Positions 42,478 to 61,440 of a DNA stretch of 64,000 bases are shown here, one piece after another; the stretch's first letter is position 1, and the number at the start of each line of letters is the position of its first letter. The notes beneath the pieces are model-generated. The model worked only from the letters and a program-made list of their open reading frames with translations, had not been told where the DNA came from and did no database searches. The translations under genes were made by a program, and so were the position numbers. This stretch comes from Eledone cirrhosa (Eukaryota), in assembly GCA_964016885.1 (NCBI GenBank), contig OZ024741.1:351478001-351542000 (forward strand). The letters are read 5' to 3'.

Positions 42478-43343
42478 AAATTGACCAATTTACAGAGAAA
42501 GTTGTGCATGGATACTTGAGGCGTAAAACACAGACCATAGAGGGGATAAACCACTCAAAAAGCCTGGCATGGAGTTCCGACAAGTTTATGACATCACACC
42601 TTGAGGGATATCTCTATGCAATACAGGAACAAGAACCCCCTACCAAATATCTGCTGCACAAAAGAGGAGGGCCAGCAGCTGACAATAAATGTAGGCTATG
42701 TAAAACAAAGATCGAGGATGTAAGCCACATTGTTGCCAGCTGCGAAAGAATGTCATCTCGCTACTACCTCCCCATGAGACACGATGGGATAGCTAGAACT
42801 ATCTGGAACGCACTTCGGAAAACAAAATTAACAACAAACGAGGAAGAATATATTGAGACAGATGGCACTAAGGAATACTGGTGGAACCTGAAAATAAAAA
42901 CTGCCACCAAATTAAAGCACAACCGGCCTGATATTGTGGTTTGGGACCACACATTGAAAACGTGTTCTGTTGTGGAGATCAGCTGCCCACTTGATGTAAA
43001 CGTTGTCAGAAAAATACAGGAGAAGGAGGACATCTACGGACCATTGATGAGGAGTTTACAAATCCAGTATCCAAGATACACCTTTAGCTTCATACCCATC
43101 ATTATTGGTGCTACGGGTTATATACCAACCCGCTTGGACCAAAGTATGACCGAACTTGGATTTGCGGACAAAAAGCGCAGCTCCCTAATTCATAGTCTAC
43201 AAATGGCTGCGATAGCTGGCACCTTCAAAATTTGCAAAACATTCTTGCGATTCAAGGGATGACAATTTCTTTTCTTTTACAACCTTGCCACCAGGAAGGT
43301 GGCCGGTCAAAAAAATATACTCGAAATTAAGAGAAAGAGAAAA
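42478..43343 (+). mobile_element. 5'-truncated R4/Dong-type element with an open 252-codon CCHC/RLE frame
   Basis: AIQEQE, CRLC...HIVASC, RHD, NRPDI..D, EISCP, IPIIIGATG; (CATA)n on both flanks. Confidence 0.9.
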
Positions 43344-43811
43344 CATACATACATACACTAAAATTTCCAATTTTACCGGCCGACTGTAGTGCCAAAATTA
43401 ATATATTATAAGCAGCTGCAGAATAACCCCTTATTATTGAAGTCTACCTGTAAGCGATGTTTTTTTTTAAAAGTCTTTCTTTATTTTCTTCGTGTAAAAT
43501 ATCAATATATTATTCCCGTCTCCTGCTGCTGACGTTAATAGATACCGAGTTAGTGTCTAGTTAATCGATAAGTGCCGCAAATATCTGAATAATTTACAGT
43601 AAACTATTTTTAACTAATATTGATTTAGCAAAACTTTTTCCAATAGCTTCGAGCAAATAATCAAATTTCTGTGATTGCAGCTGAAGTTTTATCGCGTTCA
43701 GACATTTCTATTGGTATATAAATGTGCATGCATATACACATGCATATATACTAGCAAATAGTAAACAACATTTACACATAACACATACATGCTAGCATAC
43801 AAACACTAAGT

Positions 43812-43813
43812 AC

Positions 43814-43896
<83 letters not shown>

Positions 43897-43958
43897 TATA
43901 TATATATACACACACACATATATATATATATTTATACATATATATATATATGTATGTG

Positions 43959-43999
<41 letters not shown>

Positions 44000-44067
44000 T
44001 ATATATATATATATATATACCTATATATATATATATAGATAGATAGATATAGATATAAATATAGATA

Positions 44068-44157
<90 letters not shown>

Positions 44158-44219
44158 TACACACACATATATATATATACACACACACATATATATATAT
44201 TTATACATATATATATATG

Positions 44220-44261
<42 letters not shown>

Positions 44262-44273
44262 TATGTTTGTATA

Positions 44274-44310
<37 letters not shown>
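43812..44310. repeat. Compound (TA)n low-complexity tract
   Basis: Direct reading. Confidence 0.95.
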
Positions 44311-44312
<2 letters not shown>

Positions 44313-44439
44313 TTTTACAGGAAAGCAACTTTGTAATGCGGAAATCATTGAGGGAAGCTTCAATTTATTTATTTATTTATTACTAGAAATCGATATTTTG
44401 ACAAGATATTTTCGAAACACGTAGAATATTCGACTTTCC

Positions 44440-44487
44440 AAAGTTTAGGTCAAAGTGACCCTCACTAACATGACTGAGCAGGGTTAA
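44440..44487. mobile_element. Possible piggyBac-type terminal remnant
   Basis: ggtcaaagtgaccc subterminal palindrome then cagggTTAA; no partner end identified. Confidence 0.35.
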
Positions 44488-45173
44488 TACTGATACAAGT
44501 CTTTAACTATTAAACCACCAATAAAATGTCTGCTTCATTTCAATTTACGGTGTATGTCGCAACTCAATAATCTATCGAATGGAATATATTATTTTGATAC
44601 AGATTCCTAGCTTATGTTTTTGTGAATGAGTATGTATGTATGTATGTATGTATGTATGTATGTATGTATGTATGTATGTATGTATGTATGTATGTATGTA
44701 TGTATGTACGTATGTGTGTATGCATGTGTGTGTGCGTGTGTGTGTAATGTTATAAAAAGCTGTTGAATTTCATATAATGACCATAAACTAATCAAATAAA
44801 TTGGGTAGAGGGAAAGACACCCTTCATTTGCCGTATGCTGGACGGCTGCGATAAGTGATGCTATAAATCATATAATGGCTATTTTATACTCATTATACGA
44901 TTCGTGGCAGCTTTTCATAATAAAAGCAAATAAATTTCAAATTTTCAAACTTGCCCAGTTTCTTCATAAATCTATGGGTTTACGTATATATATATATTAT
45001 ACTTGGGGAAGGTCATATTGTTATAATATTGCCAGAAATAATAACAGAACACACTCACTATATTATTATTTCTGGCAATATTATAACAATTTGACCCTCC
45101 CCAATTATAAGAATAGTTGTCACACGATTTCATATCAAAAACCTTGCAAAACAAATATATATATATATTTATT

Positions 45174-45206
<33 letters not shown>

Positions 45207-45590
45207 CAGATAGGGTGTGGTAAAAAGCCAGGTGGACCATAACCCACCAGAGTACTCGATACTTGGTGTAGTAGAGTGGGTAATATGAAAAGATTCAGGA
45301 CCCCGACGGTTGACCTCCGGCCGTTTCGACAGCTAAATCTCAATTATCTTGCGTGTGCGCAAGATAATTGAAATACGCGGACCAATGCATCAGTTTCTAC
45401 GGTTCTGATCTGCTGGCAGTGATATTTTATCTATATATTTTATCGATGATTTTTTTTTGTCGCATCGCCAGTCTGAAGAGCAGATCAATAATGGAGTCGT
45501 GTCCATAGCTCTTATGGGTGGCTCTGAGCCAATCCTTTGCGAAACAGGTTGATACACAATAAAAATCTAAATACTTGTAAACGGAACTTC

Positions 45591-45630
<40 letters not shown>

Positions 45631-45783
45631 ATATATTTATTTAGGTTTGTTGGTTCACCACTGGATAGAACTGGTCATTCCGTATGGTCAATCTCGATGT
45701 AATATTGTGGAGAGCACTCAACGTAATGCAACTCACCCGTCTTCGTTTGTGTAGTTGGTGGTGCGAGTACGGAGTTAATTATT

Positions 45784-46120
45784 ATAAAATAACAGGAGGC
45801 TGGACTGGTGTAAATCCTTGAAAGGTTTATTATACTATGATCATTTCAATGACCGGGTTCTGTATGAATCCGGTGACATCATAAGGTATTCAAAATATAA
45901 CAAAGGAATATAAGGGCTGCCGACTGAGGTAGAAGCTGCTAAATAGTCGGTCGTCCTCTTGTCTCTGATTTTTAGCCCTATGGATTTTATCTGTTATATA
46001 CCTTTGTTATATTTTGAATACCTGATGATGTCACCGGACTCATACTGAACCCGGTCATTGAAATGATCATAGTATAATAAACCTTTCAAGGATTTACACC
46101 AGTCCAGCCTCCTGTTATTT

Positions 46121-46123
<3 letters not shown>
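45784..46123. repeat. Inverted repeat (130-bp arms), one hammerhead per arm
   Basis: 45784-45913 vs 45994-46123; right arm abuts (TA)n; left-arm core is CUUAUGA (45832-45889, minus). Confidence 0.9.
46018..46075 (+). ncRNA. Type I hammerhead, canonical core
   Basis: atac CTGATGA ...accgg/ccggt... GAA atgatcat A gtat AATAAA; palindromic stem III. Confidence 0.8.
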
Positions 46124-46188
<65 letters not shown>

Positions 46189-46424
46189 AACAGAAATAAG
46201 AACACAATCGGTACAGTATATGGAAGGGATATATTAGGTTAACGCTTGATATATCAGGAAAAGGGTCTTACCGTTTCGGACGCTAGTCCTTCATCAAAAG
46301 AAAGAATAAAGAATAAGATAGATTGAGGGGACGGGCGGGTTGGAATTGGAAAAAATAACTTTAGATAAAAATAACAGGTCCATTCATGTTGACATCTCTT
46401 GCATATAAATATATATATATATAT

Positions 46425-51530
<5,106 letters not shown>

Positions 51531-51749
51531 ATATATATATATATATATATACTCGATCTCATGTAAAAGTTAACTCTAGTATGTTTAATTATTGTATTTG
51601 TCTGTTTTTTCTTTTTTTTAATTCTTTCTCTCGGACTTCTGATATTTCCTTTGAAAGAAACGTTTTATTATTGGCCCCTAAAGTACTACCGTGGGTCCCC
51701 GAGGGGCCCACTTGTCACCAGGCAAGCTGACGACCTGGCCAGTCCGCCA

Positions 51750-51805
<56 letters not shown>

Positions 51806-52047
51806 GATACATAATATATAATTTGAGATATTCAACTTAGTTGAGATTTGTCGAGAAGATTTGAAGCTCAATGTAAATCTACAATCCACAAATACAAATA
51901 ACAAATTTATCCAAAGTCTACTCTGGGTAAAATGTCAAAATATTGTACGAGTGGAAGATCACTGAACATGAATAATAAATAATAGTGCAACCAAATCTTT
52001 AAGATGAATTTATAAATATGAAATATTATAAATTCTCCATAACCCTT

Positions 52048-52126
<79 letters not shown>

Positions 52127-52440
52127 TTGCGAATGAATGGAATAACAACAACACCCAAACAAACAACACTGGCCTAAGAGAAGTATAAATAAATAAATAG
52201 ATAAATAAATAAATAAATAAATACATACACAAGTACAATAACAACAAACACATATAAACACACACTAGTAAAGATAGAATACATTAGCCAATACACAGTC
52301 ACCCAATCACGAACACACATCAAACACTATACACACACGCAAACGCATGCGCAAAATAAAATAAACAAATAAATAAATATATAAACAGACTAAATAAAGA
52401 TGGCGTAGAAAATACAATGTAACGGGAGGAAACAATAGCA

Positions 52441-52481
52441 CCACTGACGATGTTGCAGATGTGCAACGTAAGAACTTTGAT
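52441..52481 (+). ncRNA. Degenerate hammerhead in a PLE 3' UTR remnant (52125-52485)
   Basis: CTGACGA t gttgca-gatg-tgcaac GTAA; GAAA mutated; flanks resemble 63094-63380. Confidence 0.5.
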
Positions 52482-52673
52482 AAACTATATATATGTGTTT
52501 GTGTCTATATTGTACCTGTATTATTTTTGACCGTTGGTCAGTCAATGGCAACATTGAGGACCGAATATATTAGATTACCGATATAAAAGACACAGAAGCG
52601 AAAAGCGAAAACCAACCAAACAGTGAGTGTGTTCTGTTATTAATTCTGGCAATATTACACAAATATCACTCTC

Positions 52674-52831
<158 letters not shown>

Positions 52832-52846
52832 GCTGTGACAAACATG

Positions 52847-52886
<40 letters not shown>

Positions 52887-53180
52887 GAATAACTGATTCC
52901 TAATTAGCCAGAAAGTTCAGACCTCCAGTTAATTCAGTTGAATCCTAATTTAAGATTGTAACTAGACACCAAATTATACTGTGAAATTATTTCGACACTT
53001 GATCACTTGCATAATGAAAATGTATATGTATGTATGTCTGTATGTATGTCTGTATGTATGTCTGTATGTATGTATGTATGTATGTATGTATGTATGTATG
53101 TATGTATGTATGTATGTATGTTTGTTTGTATGTATGTATGTATGTATGTATATATTGTATGTATGTATGTATGTATATTT

Positions 53181-53262
53181 CACTCGTTCAGCGCATCGGT
53201 AGGGGTTCTCCTACATGGATATAAAGTAGTGGCCGTACTCGAAAATGAGTTGGCAGCCACCA
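53181..53262 (+). mobile_element. 3'-terminal 80 bp of the RTE-derived element
   Basis: Matches 22628-22710; embedded in (TATG)n. Confidence 0.8.
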
Positions 53263-53322
53263 TGTATATATTGATGTGTGTATGTATGTATGCATGTATG
53301 TATGTGTGTATGTATGTATCTG

Positions 53323-53365
<43 letters not shown>

Positions 53366-54471
53366 GTGTGTGTGTGTATTATGCTGTCAATTTAGGCGTA
53401 GAAGCGGGTTGTTGATTGAGAAAGTATTTCTGCCCTCCAGATAATACTTGTATCTTTAACTCCTCTACGGTTCAACTACATTTCAACTATAGGTGGGATT
53501 ATAATACTGATATGCTAAAAAAGAAAATTAAATGATGGAGTATCAGTATTAAGTTCTACCACCTTGTGGGTTATATAACACCACTGAAAGCACAGTCGTG
53601 GTACTGCGTGTTTAAACAACCTAGTGTAGTGAAGGAACACGTGCATGTCGAAGCTCTATATTAGCAGAGCTGGATTGTTAGATGAAACATTGAGTAAGAT
53701 GAGCTGCAGCCTCACAACCCACACCAAACTGATTTGGTAGGGTCGTTAGGGCATCGGATAGTATGATTTGTGGTATTCTGGCTCTCTTCATTCTGAGTTC
53801 AAATCTCGCCAAGGCTGACTTTGCCTTTCATCCTCTCAGGATCAGTAAATAAAGTTTCAGCCAAGCACAGGGGTGGATATGCCAACTCCCGCTTCCTCTT
53901 TTGAATCGACTATGTGAAGGGGCCCAGAAAGAAGCTTTCACATCAAGCCCCTAAAAATCCCTCCACCACCACCACCACCACATTGTGGACACGTAAAGAA
54001 AGAGAAAAACAAAACTAGTGGAGTAGAATTTGGTTCTCCGGTGGTCACTCGGACACAGGTCTTCTGTACGTATTTCTATCAGCAATGGAATGGACGAACC
54101 ATTTGCTTTTGTTTTTAATGGTAAATATGCTTGCATGGCTTAGTGGTTATGTGTTGGACTCGCGATCATAAGGCCATAGGTTTGTTTCCTGGATTGGGTG
54201 TTGCTTGGTATTTCACACTACTTTTCCTGATATGCCTAGGAGGTCCTTGTTAGGAGGCTAACTAAATCAACATAGGTGTGAGCTGTAACAACAAGAACAC
54301 ACACACATACACACACACGCACACACACAAACGCACACACACACGCACACATATATATATATATATTGATACTCTGTCATATATGTAAATAATTAGCAAA
54401 GACTTGGAGTGCTTATGTCTGATTACACTACAGTTGTCGATTACTTCGATCAACCAGCACTGATTATCGAA

Positions 54472-54582
<111 letters not shown>

Positions 54583-54631
54583 ATAAGAAAATGGGAAGTA
54601 GTTTCAGATGTTAAAATCCTTTATTGATAAG

Positions 54632-54706
54632 GCTGTGATACATATTTCGATGACGACAGTGGCCACACGATTGAGTGTGCCCAGTGCCATGATCTCATCA
54701 GACAGC
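54632..54706 (-). ncRNA. Type I hammerhead, canonical core, extended stem II
   Basis: gctgt CTGATGA gat...cacac/gtgtg...atc GAA atatgtat C acagc; AATAAA follows. Confidence 0.85.
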
Positions 54707-54744
54707 TTGTTACATAATAAGGTTACATTCCATTCGTATTAAAT

Positions 54745-55460
54745 CAGTTCATCTACCCAATCCTCCCTGTCTATCATTGCAGCTATCAAGCCAGCTACAC
54801 TGGAGAAGCCAGTGTCCTTTCAGCAGGAGATCAATGTATGCTATTGTCCTACAACCGACATTTCTTTGTCCGAATGGTGGTTTCCACAGTACCAGTTTTG
54901 ATGCCTCATCCTCTGGGTTTCTTATACAATGTTCTGCTAATTTCATTCTCTTGACGCCTACCTTGGATGACACAGGGGTAAATCTCCATACAGCTGTTCA
55001 TTAGTCATTTTGTCTCGCCATGACATATTCAATACCACGCAGCATTCTGGTATAGCAACTGCCCAGCTTTATCTCCATTGCCTTGTCTATAGTCCATGTT
55101 TTACTTCACTATTACAGAATAAACTCCACTTTAGTCACAAACAGTCATACTTTCACGGATCGTTCATATTTTATTCATTTCATGACATGCTGTCTATGCC
55201 AATGCCTTCCTTATTTCAAAATCTTTTTAATGCTTTTCATCCAACTGCCAGATAAATAAAGTTTTCAACAGACTTGATAATCTTTTGCTTTAATAGTTGC
55301 CTTAATAGTTGTATTTTTCTTGATTGAAAGGCATGATTTCAGTCTTCTTGTCATTGGGTTGTCACACGTTAGCCCCTTCTATCTCGATGGTCTTCAATGT
55401 TTCCTGTGTCAGCTAAATTTCTTCCGATATTGTTGCTATATCAACCATAAAGTCTGTGTC
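54745..55460 (-). mobile_element. Degraded RTE-type RT C-terminal fragment
   Basis: KLAEHCIR...ASKLVLWKP..GQRNVG; many disruptions. Confidence 0.6.
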
Positions 55461-55468
55461 AGTTAAAG

Positions 55469-55616
<148 letters not shown>

Positions 55617-55904
55617 TCTCTTTCAATCTACTCTCACACAACCACTATCTCTTTCTTTCTATCTATCTTTCTCTCTCTCTCTCTCTCTCTATTTATGAAA
55701 GTACCCGGAAAAACCCCGTATCTCGATTTACGCGAAAGTTGTTTTCCATTTGTATTCCCATTTCAGGGATAACTTCCTTTCAAAGGATTTTCCCATTATG
55801 CGCCGTTTTGGCTGTATTACGTTACAGACAAGCACACAATCACTGAGTTTTAGTAGTAGTAGTATATATATATATATATTTAGATGTACGAAATCCACAC
55901 ACAC

Positions 55905-55970
<66 letters not shown>

Positions 55971-55999
55971 GTGGTTACACAACAGTTAGTTCACCATAC

Positions 56000-56037
56000 C
56001 GAGAACAATTGTTTCACCTTAGCGGATCCTCAGCTCG
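56000..56037 (-). ncRNA. Minimal hammerhead
   Basis: cgag CTGAGGA t cc-gctaa-gg t GAA acaattgt T ctcg. Confidence 0.8.
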
Positions 56038-56079
56038 TAATGGGCATGGTTATACGGAACAGTATCACCATGCCCATTA

Positions 56080-56117
56080 CGAGCTGAGGATCTGCTAAGG
56101 TGAAACAATTGTTCTCG
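56080..56117 (+). ncRNA. Minimal hammerhead
   Basis: cgag CTGAGGA t ct-gctaa-gg t GAA acaattgt T ctcg. Confidence 0.8.
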
Positions 56118-56212
56118 GTATGGTGAACTAACTGTTGTGTAACTACTTCTACCTAACTCGTCCCATGGACTGAGTGCTCTACCACTACGGATATTACCTT
56201 CCAGTGTTCTAC

Positions 56213-56289
<77 letters not shown>

Positions 56290-56294
56290 CATAT

Positions 56295-56335
<41 letters not shown>

Positions 56336-56765
56336 AGGGTTGCCTCCCTTGCCGAGCCCCACGTGGGTATTGGTAACGGTCAATCCTTGGCCTGGCACTT
56401 GAACTAAAACCTGTTGAGAAAGTGACTTCCTTGTTCAATCATCTTACCAAAAGCTTAACATTATTTGTCTAAGCAGACAGTACTTGATTTAGGAGTCGCA
56501 GAAACCCAAATGCTGGATTTTCACCAACAATCCAGGGGTCCGGGTAAATTTTTCAATCATATTTTTTTATTTGTTTGACTCGAATTACTTGGTCGTTTCT
56601 ATGGCTTTGCGGATAATGGTTTAACCATCGTCTCAGTGTGTTTGGCCTTTTAACGTATGTTGTAGCTCTGGTTCGTTAGAATCTATTGAACGCTTGCCAC
56701 ACATCTCGGAAGTTATTTTTCGCTAATTTCTAATAGCCGAAATACGATTCTCGCTAATTTATATT

Positions 56766-56832
<67 letters not shown>

Positions 56833-56878
56833 ATAATAATAATAATAATAATATTAATAAAGATGTTGATGTTACATA

Positions 56879-56968
56879 TTCATTATAATTATTTCAACGG
56901 TTCTCCCATGCAATCAGGATGTAATTCATGCATTTGTTGTTGTTATGAGAACGGTATCCTCAGATGAA
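56879..56968 (-). ncRNA. Type I hammerhead, canonical core
   Basis: ttcat CTGAGGA t accgttctc...gagaaccgt t GAA ataattat A atgaa. Confidence 0.82.
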
Positions 56969-57134
56969 ATTCGATCTTGTGATATGCCGGCGGCTGGGAA
57001 AAACACACGTCCTTTTGCTCGTGTGTCCAGCTGACAGATGTTATTATTATACTGAATCTCCATCGTAACTACAAACTACGAATGTTGAGAGCTTTCTCCT
57101 GCTTGCTCCAGTTTTTACCAAAACAATCTATCGG

Positions 57135-57216
<82 letters not shown>

Positions 57217-57257
57217 ATATATATATATATATTCACATATATATATATATATATATT

Positions 57258-57304
<47 letters not shown>

Positions 57305-57344
57305 TCACACACACACACATATATATATATACATATACACATAT

Positions 57345-58441
57345 ACGAGGTGTGTCAGAAAGTTCCAGGACTGATGTCACAAAAGATTTATTTCAAACCC
57401 AAACTTCACACTAAGAGTTTTCTCCTTCAAAGTAATCCCCCTGGAGTCTAAGTAATCCCTCTGGAGCACTTTTCCATCCTTTTCTGCCACGCTTGCATGC
57501 ACTCCTGGAAGGATTCTTCCGGGATCCTCCGCAGTTCCATCGTCACGGCCTTTTTGATGTCGTCCACGTCTTCAAAACGAGTCCCCTTGATGACCTCCTT
57601 GAGCTTGATTAATAGGAAAAAATCACACGGAGCTAGGTCAGGGGAGTAGGGAGATTGCTGCAGCACGGCGATGTTCTTCTCGGCCAGGAACTGTCGGATG
57701 CTCAGGGCATTGTAAACAGGCGCGTTGTCATGGTGAAGCAGCCACGAGTTGTCCTGCCACAACTCTCGCCTCTTCTCACGCACTGAACGAAGCAAACGCT
57801 GCAGTATCTCTTTGTAGACATGTTGGTTGATCGTCTGGCCCTGTGGCAAGAACTCGCAGTGGACGATCCCCCTCATATCAAAGAATGTGATCAACACGAC
57901 CTTGACTTTGGATTTCGACTGTCGTGCTTTCTTCGGCCTTGGCGATGACGGACTCTTCCACTGTGGTTTCCGGGTCGTACTCGAAGATCCATGACTCATC
58001 CCCGGTGATGACTGTCCCTAGCAAGTCTGGTTCGGTTTTAAGACGCTCGAGGATGTCCTGGCACACTTACATGCGTCGACCCTTCTGGTCATTGTTCAGC
58101 AGTTTTGGCACCATCTTCGCGCAGACTTTCCGCATGTCCAAATCTTCAGTGAGAATCTTCCAGACGCTGTCCCGATTCATGCCCAGCTCATTTGCCATCA
58201 GTCGAACAGTCAGCTGACGATCGCTACGCACCATCTGCCTGACGCGCTCAACGTTGACCTCAGTCCTGGTTGTTGAGGGCCTTCCGCTCCTGGGGTCATC
58301 TTCCACGTCCTCGCGTCCTTCTTTAAACCTTTTGCACCACTCAAAAACACGTGAGCGTGACATCGTCTCATCTCCATACACTTGCTTCAGCAATCCCAGT
58401 GTTTCTGACAGAGTTTTCCCCAACCGTACCAGAAACTTCAA
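57345..58441 (-). mobile_element. Mariner transposon, frameshifted, 5' end lost
   Basis: HTH region, VPKLL, ITGDESW, HHDNAP, YSPDLAPCDF; terminal repeat after TA near 57345. Confidence 0.93.
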
Positions 58442-58615
58442 TATATATATATATACTGTATATATATATATTAGAATTGGTGCTCTGAAATAGCGATGTA
58501 TATATGAATGTATATATAGTGTATTTGATAATACATAGTCACTACTTTAAAACAATAGCGTAAGGTCTTCAAAATGTTAAGCATACAGTGTATTACCAAA
58601 TACACCATATATACA

Positions 58616-58696
<81 letters not shown>

Positions 58697-58784
58697 ATAA
58701 TAAATTTGAAGACTAAAATCCAAAGAGGGCTCGATAAGGATAAATATATAAATAAATATTCTTTGCTTAAACTTTAATCTGTTA

Positions 58785-58821
<37 letters not shown>

Positions 58822-58964
58822 GATCTTTCATTAACTATATATATAGTTAATGAAAGATCGTTTTCGAACGAGAAAACATTCAAATATAGGTAAAAATTTG
58901 GATGAACCGGGCGTTAATTTATAAAAAATGTAGTATAATTAACAGTTTTGGCCTTCCGTGTATC

Positions 58965-58995
<31 letters not shown>

Positions 58996-59005
58996 CAGGA
59001 TAGTA

Positions 59006-59116
59006 CTGGGTTGGCAACAAATAAAACACCCGAGAAACCTATGAGGAAAAATCTCGTAGGAGATCAGCTAAACCTGCATAGGTGTGAGCAGTAAATTTCA
59101 TTTTTTGCCAACCTAA
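59006..59116. mobile_element. Possible mariner-type MITE
   Basis: Imperfect TIRs ctgggttggcaa/ttgccaacctaa, preceded by TA. Confidence 0.45.
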
Positions 59117-59291
59117 TGCTGAAGAAGTGAATCTCAACGTTGAAGTCAAACATTTAATATAATATATACCAGCTGTGTAAACGACAGTTAACACATTTTT
59201 ATAAATAGTACAAAAATTGTTAAGTAAACTGAAATAATGTATTTATATCACATTTATGACGCACGTGTATATATATATGTATGTATATATG

Positions 59292-59803
59292 TCAGGTCGC
59301 TCTTCAGTGCTACTGGTAACATGTAACCCAGTACAACATGTGCATAGTCGGGTCATCGGTGACTAAACCGGCAACCCCACGAAGTTTGCTTGGTGAGGAG
59401 GGGGAATCTGGATACCCTGTGGGATAAAAAACAAAATCCATCACAGGGCGGAGGAACTCAAGAGTGTCAACGGCCAAACAATAAAGTTTTTTTTTTGTGA
59501 AGCGAGAGACTCCTAGTCTTCATTAAGACATCTCTCTAGGAGAAGGTTACTCTGATATAAAACTTGCGACTTCATTTGCATCCAATGATGTAGACCAGTT
59601 CTTTTGTGGTAAATACATTTGATGTTCAGAGAGTGGGATTGGTCCCCTACAAAGCCTTTCCTCACTTAAAAAGCTTCAAGCACAGGCATCGCTTGATTTT
59701 TTGCGATTCATGACATTGCTGGCCACAGGCAAGTCCTTAGCAGGACTAAAAAGCCATGTCCGGGTCAAGTGATGGCATTACTCGAAATCGAGTTGCAGCC
59801 ATC
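59292..59803 (+). mobile_element. Diverged copy of the bipartite RTE-derived element
   Basis: Colinear with 22101-22710 including both ends. Confidence 0.75.
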
Positions 59804-60599
59804 ATATATATGGATAAAATATTACTATTTGAGAACTTTAAAACTATTATTCTACTTAGTACTCCATACTTTAAAAAAGTAGTATAGCTATTAATTAAAG
59901 ATATGTAAGTTCTAAGTACAGGTTAACAGTTCCTACTTCACCGTAACGATTTAAGCTTAACTATAAGGCTTACATGCTTTTAAATAATACACATATGTGT
60001 GTGTGTGTGTAGCGAAACCTCGACATATTTTTCCCACGATGGTTTTCTTAGCTTTCCACAAACGACCACCAAATAACTGGAATGTGACCTCAGAGCCAAA
60101 AACCTAGATAATATTCTATTGTAGGAAGCTATAAGTTCTTGAGTGTCCAAAAAGAGAACAGTTGAAAATGTTATCTGTTTAATGTTTATGGGCAACCTTA
60201 ATCTATATACAAGAGATTTTTTACCCCCAGATATACATTCTTCTTCCCCACTCTGCAACAGATAGTTTGTTTGGCCAGCAGAGCAATGTAGAAACACACA
60301 CACGCCAGCCATCCCTGCTGGAATCAGCATTAGCTGAGCTTACTACTATATATTCTACGTTGCACAAATAGCATGCTGCAATCTATACTTGCATCCTTTT
60401 CCGTTGTTTATAGCTGCACATGATTTCGAAGTAAATCATATTACGAATAAAGAAATTTAAATTAGCAGTGCTTTGTTCATTTGTTAATTCTTATCCATGT
60501 GATTTAAGAAAACCATTTTTCCAACAGTAATATCATTTCACACCACAACAAGCGAGTACAACTACTTGTATACTCGAACATTATAAAACTTCTCGAACA

Positions 60600-61440
60600 T
60601 GGCATAACTCTCAGGAGTGGGCTTCATGGCCAGGAACTCTATCACTTCCAAGCTTCAAAACCTTCCAACAGGTCATTCTGACCGCATCATCCCTATGTAC
60701 CTCCCACTGAGTAATCAACAATATGCTACCCTCTTCAGTGTGTACTTCCAACAGGGCACACCTGCGGACAACAAGGTCATAATCATTGGCAATTTCAACG
60801 CCAGAGTGAGCCGAGATTCTCTAACTTGGGAGGGCGTTCTTGGAAGACATGGCGTTGGTAACCGCAATGACAACGGGTGCTAGCTGTAGGAGTTTTGCGC
60901 AGAACATCATCCCTAACACCATCTTTCTGCTTAAGGACAGTTTGAAAACAACCTGGATACAACCTCGTTCCAAACACTGGTACCGCATTGATTATATCCT
61001 AGTGCCCTGGTGTGACTTGAAAGACGTCTTGCATACCAGAATGATGTCCAATGTGGAATGTTACACCGACCATTGTTACACCGACCATTGTTACACCGAC
61101 CATTGTTACACCGACCATTGTACGCTGCAAACTCAAGCTCTACTTTAAACCCAAATCAAAGAAAGTTCAAGAAAAAGTTCAAGGTTGGCAGTTTCCAGTC
61201 AGTTGAAGTGAAAGCTGACTTCCAGGCAGCCCTTCAGTTGAGGCTTGGAAATGCAAGCTTTCTAACAGATATCTCTCCAGAAACACTTTCGGAACATCTG
61301 AAAATTGCCATTTTGCAGACATCTGGAGAAGTCCTTCACCTCAAAGAAGAACAAAGACTGGTTTGACAAAAACAACAAGGAAATTCAAGAATTGCTAGTA
61401 AAGAAGAGATTCACTCACCAGGCTCACTTAGCTCAACTAA
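60600..61440 (+). mobile_element. Degraded RTE endonuclease (APE) fragment
   Basis: GVGF, IIGNFNARV, GRHGVG..NDNG, PRSKHW..IDYIL, TDH; 15-bp unit repeated four times at 61059-61120. Confidence 0.85.

Larger units (their letters stand above)
55966..56151. repeat. Near-perfect hairpin (90-bp arms, 6-nt loop) with hammerheads of opposite polarity
   Basis: Loop ggaaca 56056-56061; three mismatched positions; (TA)n both sides. Confidence 0.93.

Noticed and set aside
45470-45556. Hammerhead with CUGAAGA and long stem II
   Set aside because: Stem I does not pair convincingly; counted only as partial, like 38680-38714, 42048-42080 and 46265-46302.
59980-60330. Host exon or Tc1 transposase fragment
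   Set aside because: No recognisable domain; only a faint FSDE-like resemblance in a frame with stops.
61059-61120. CYTDH x4 metal-binding peptide repeat
   Set aside because: A 15-bp slippage expansion of the APE TDH motif in a dead RTE.
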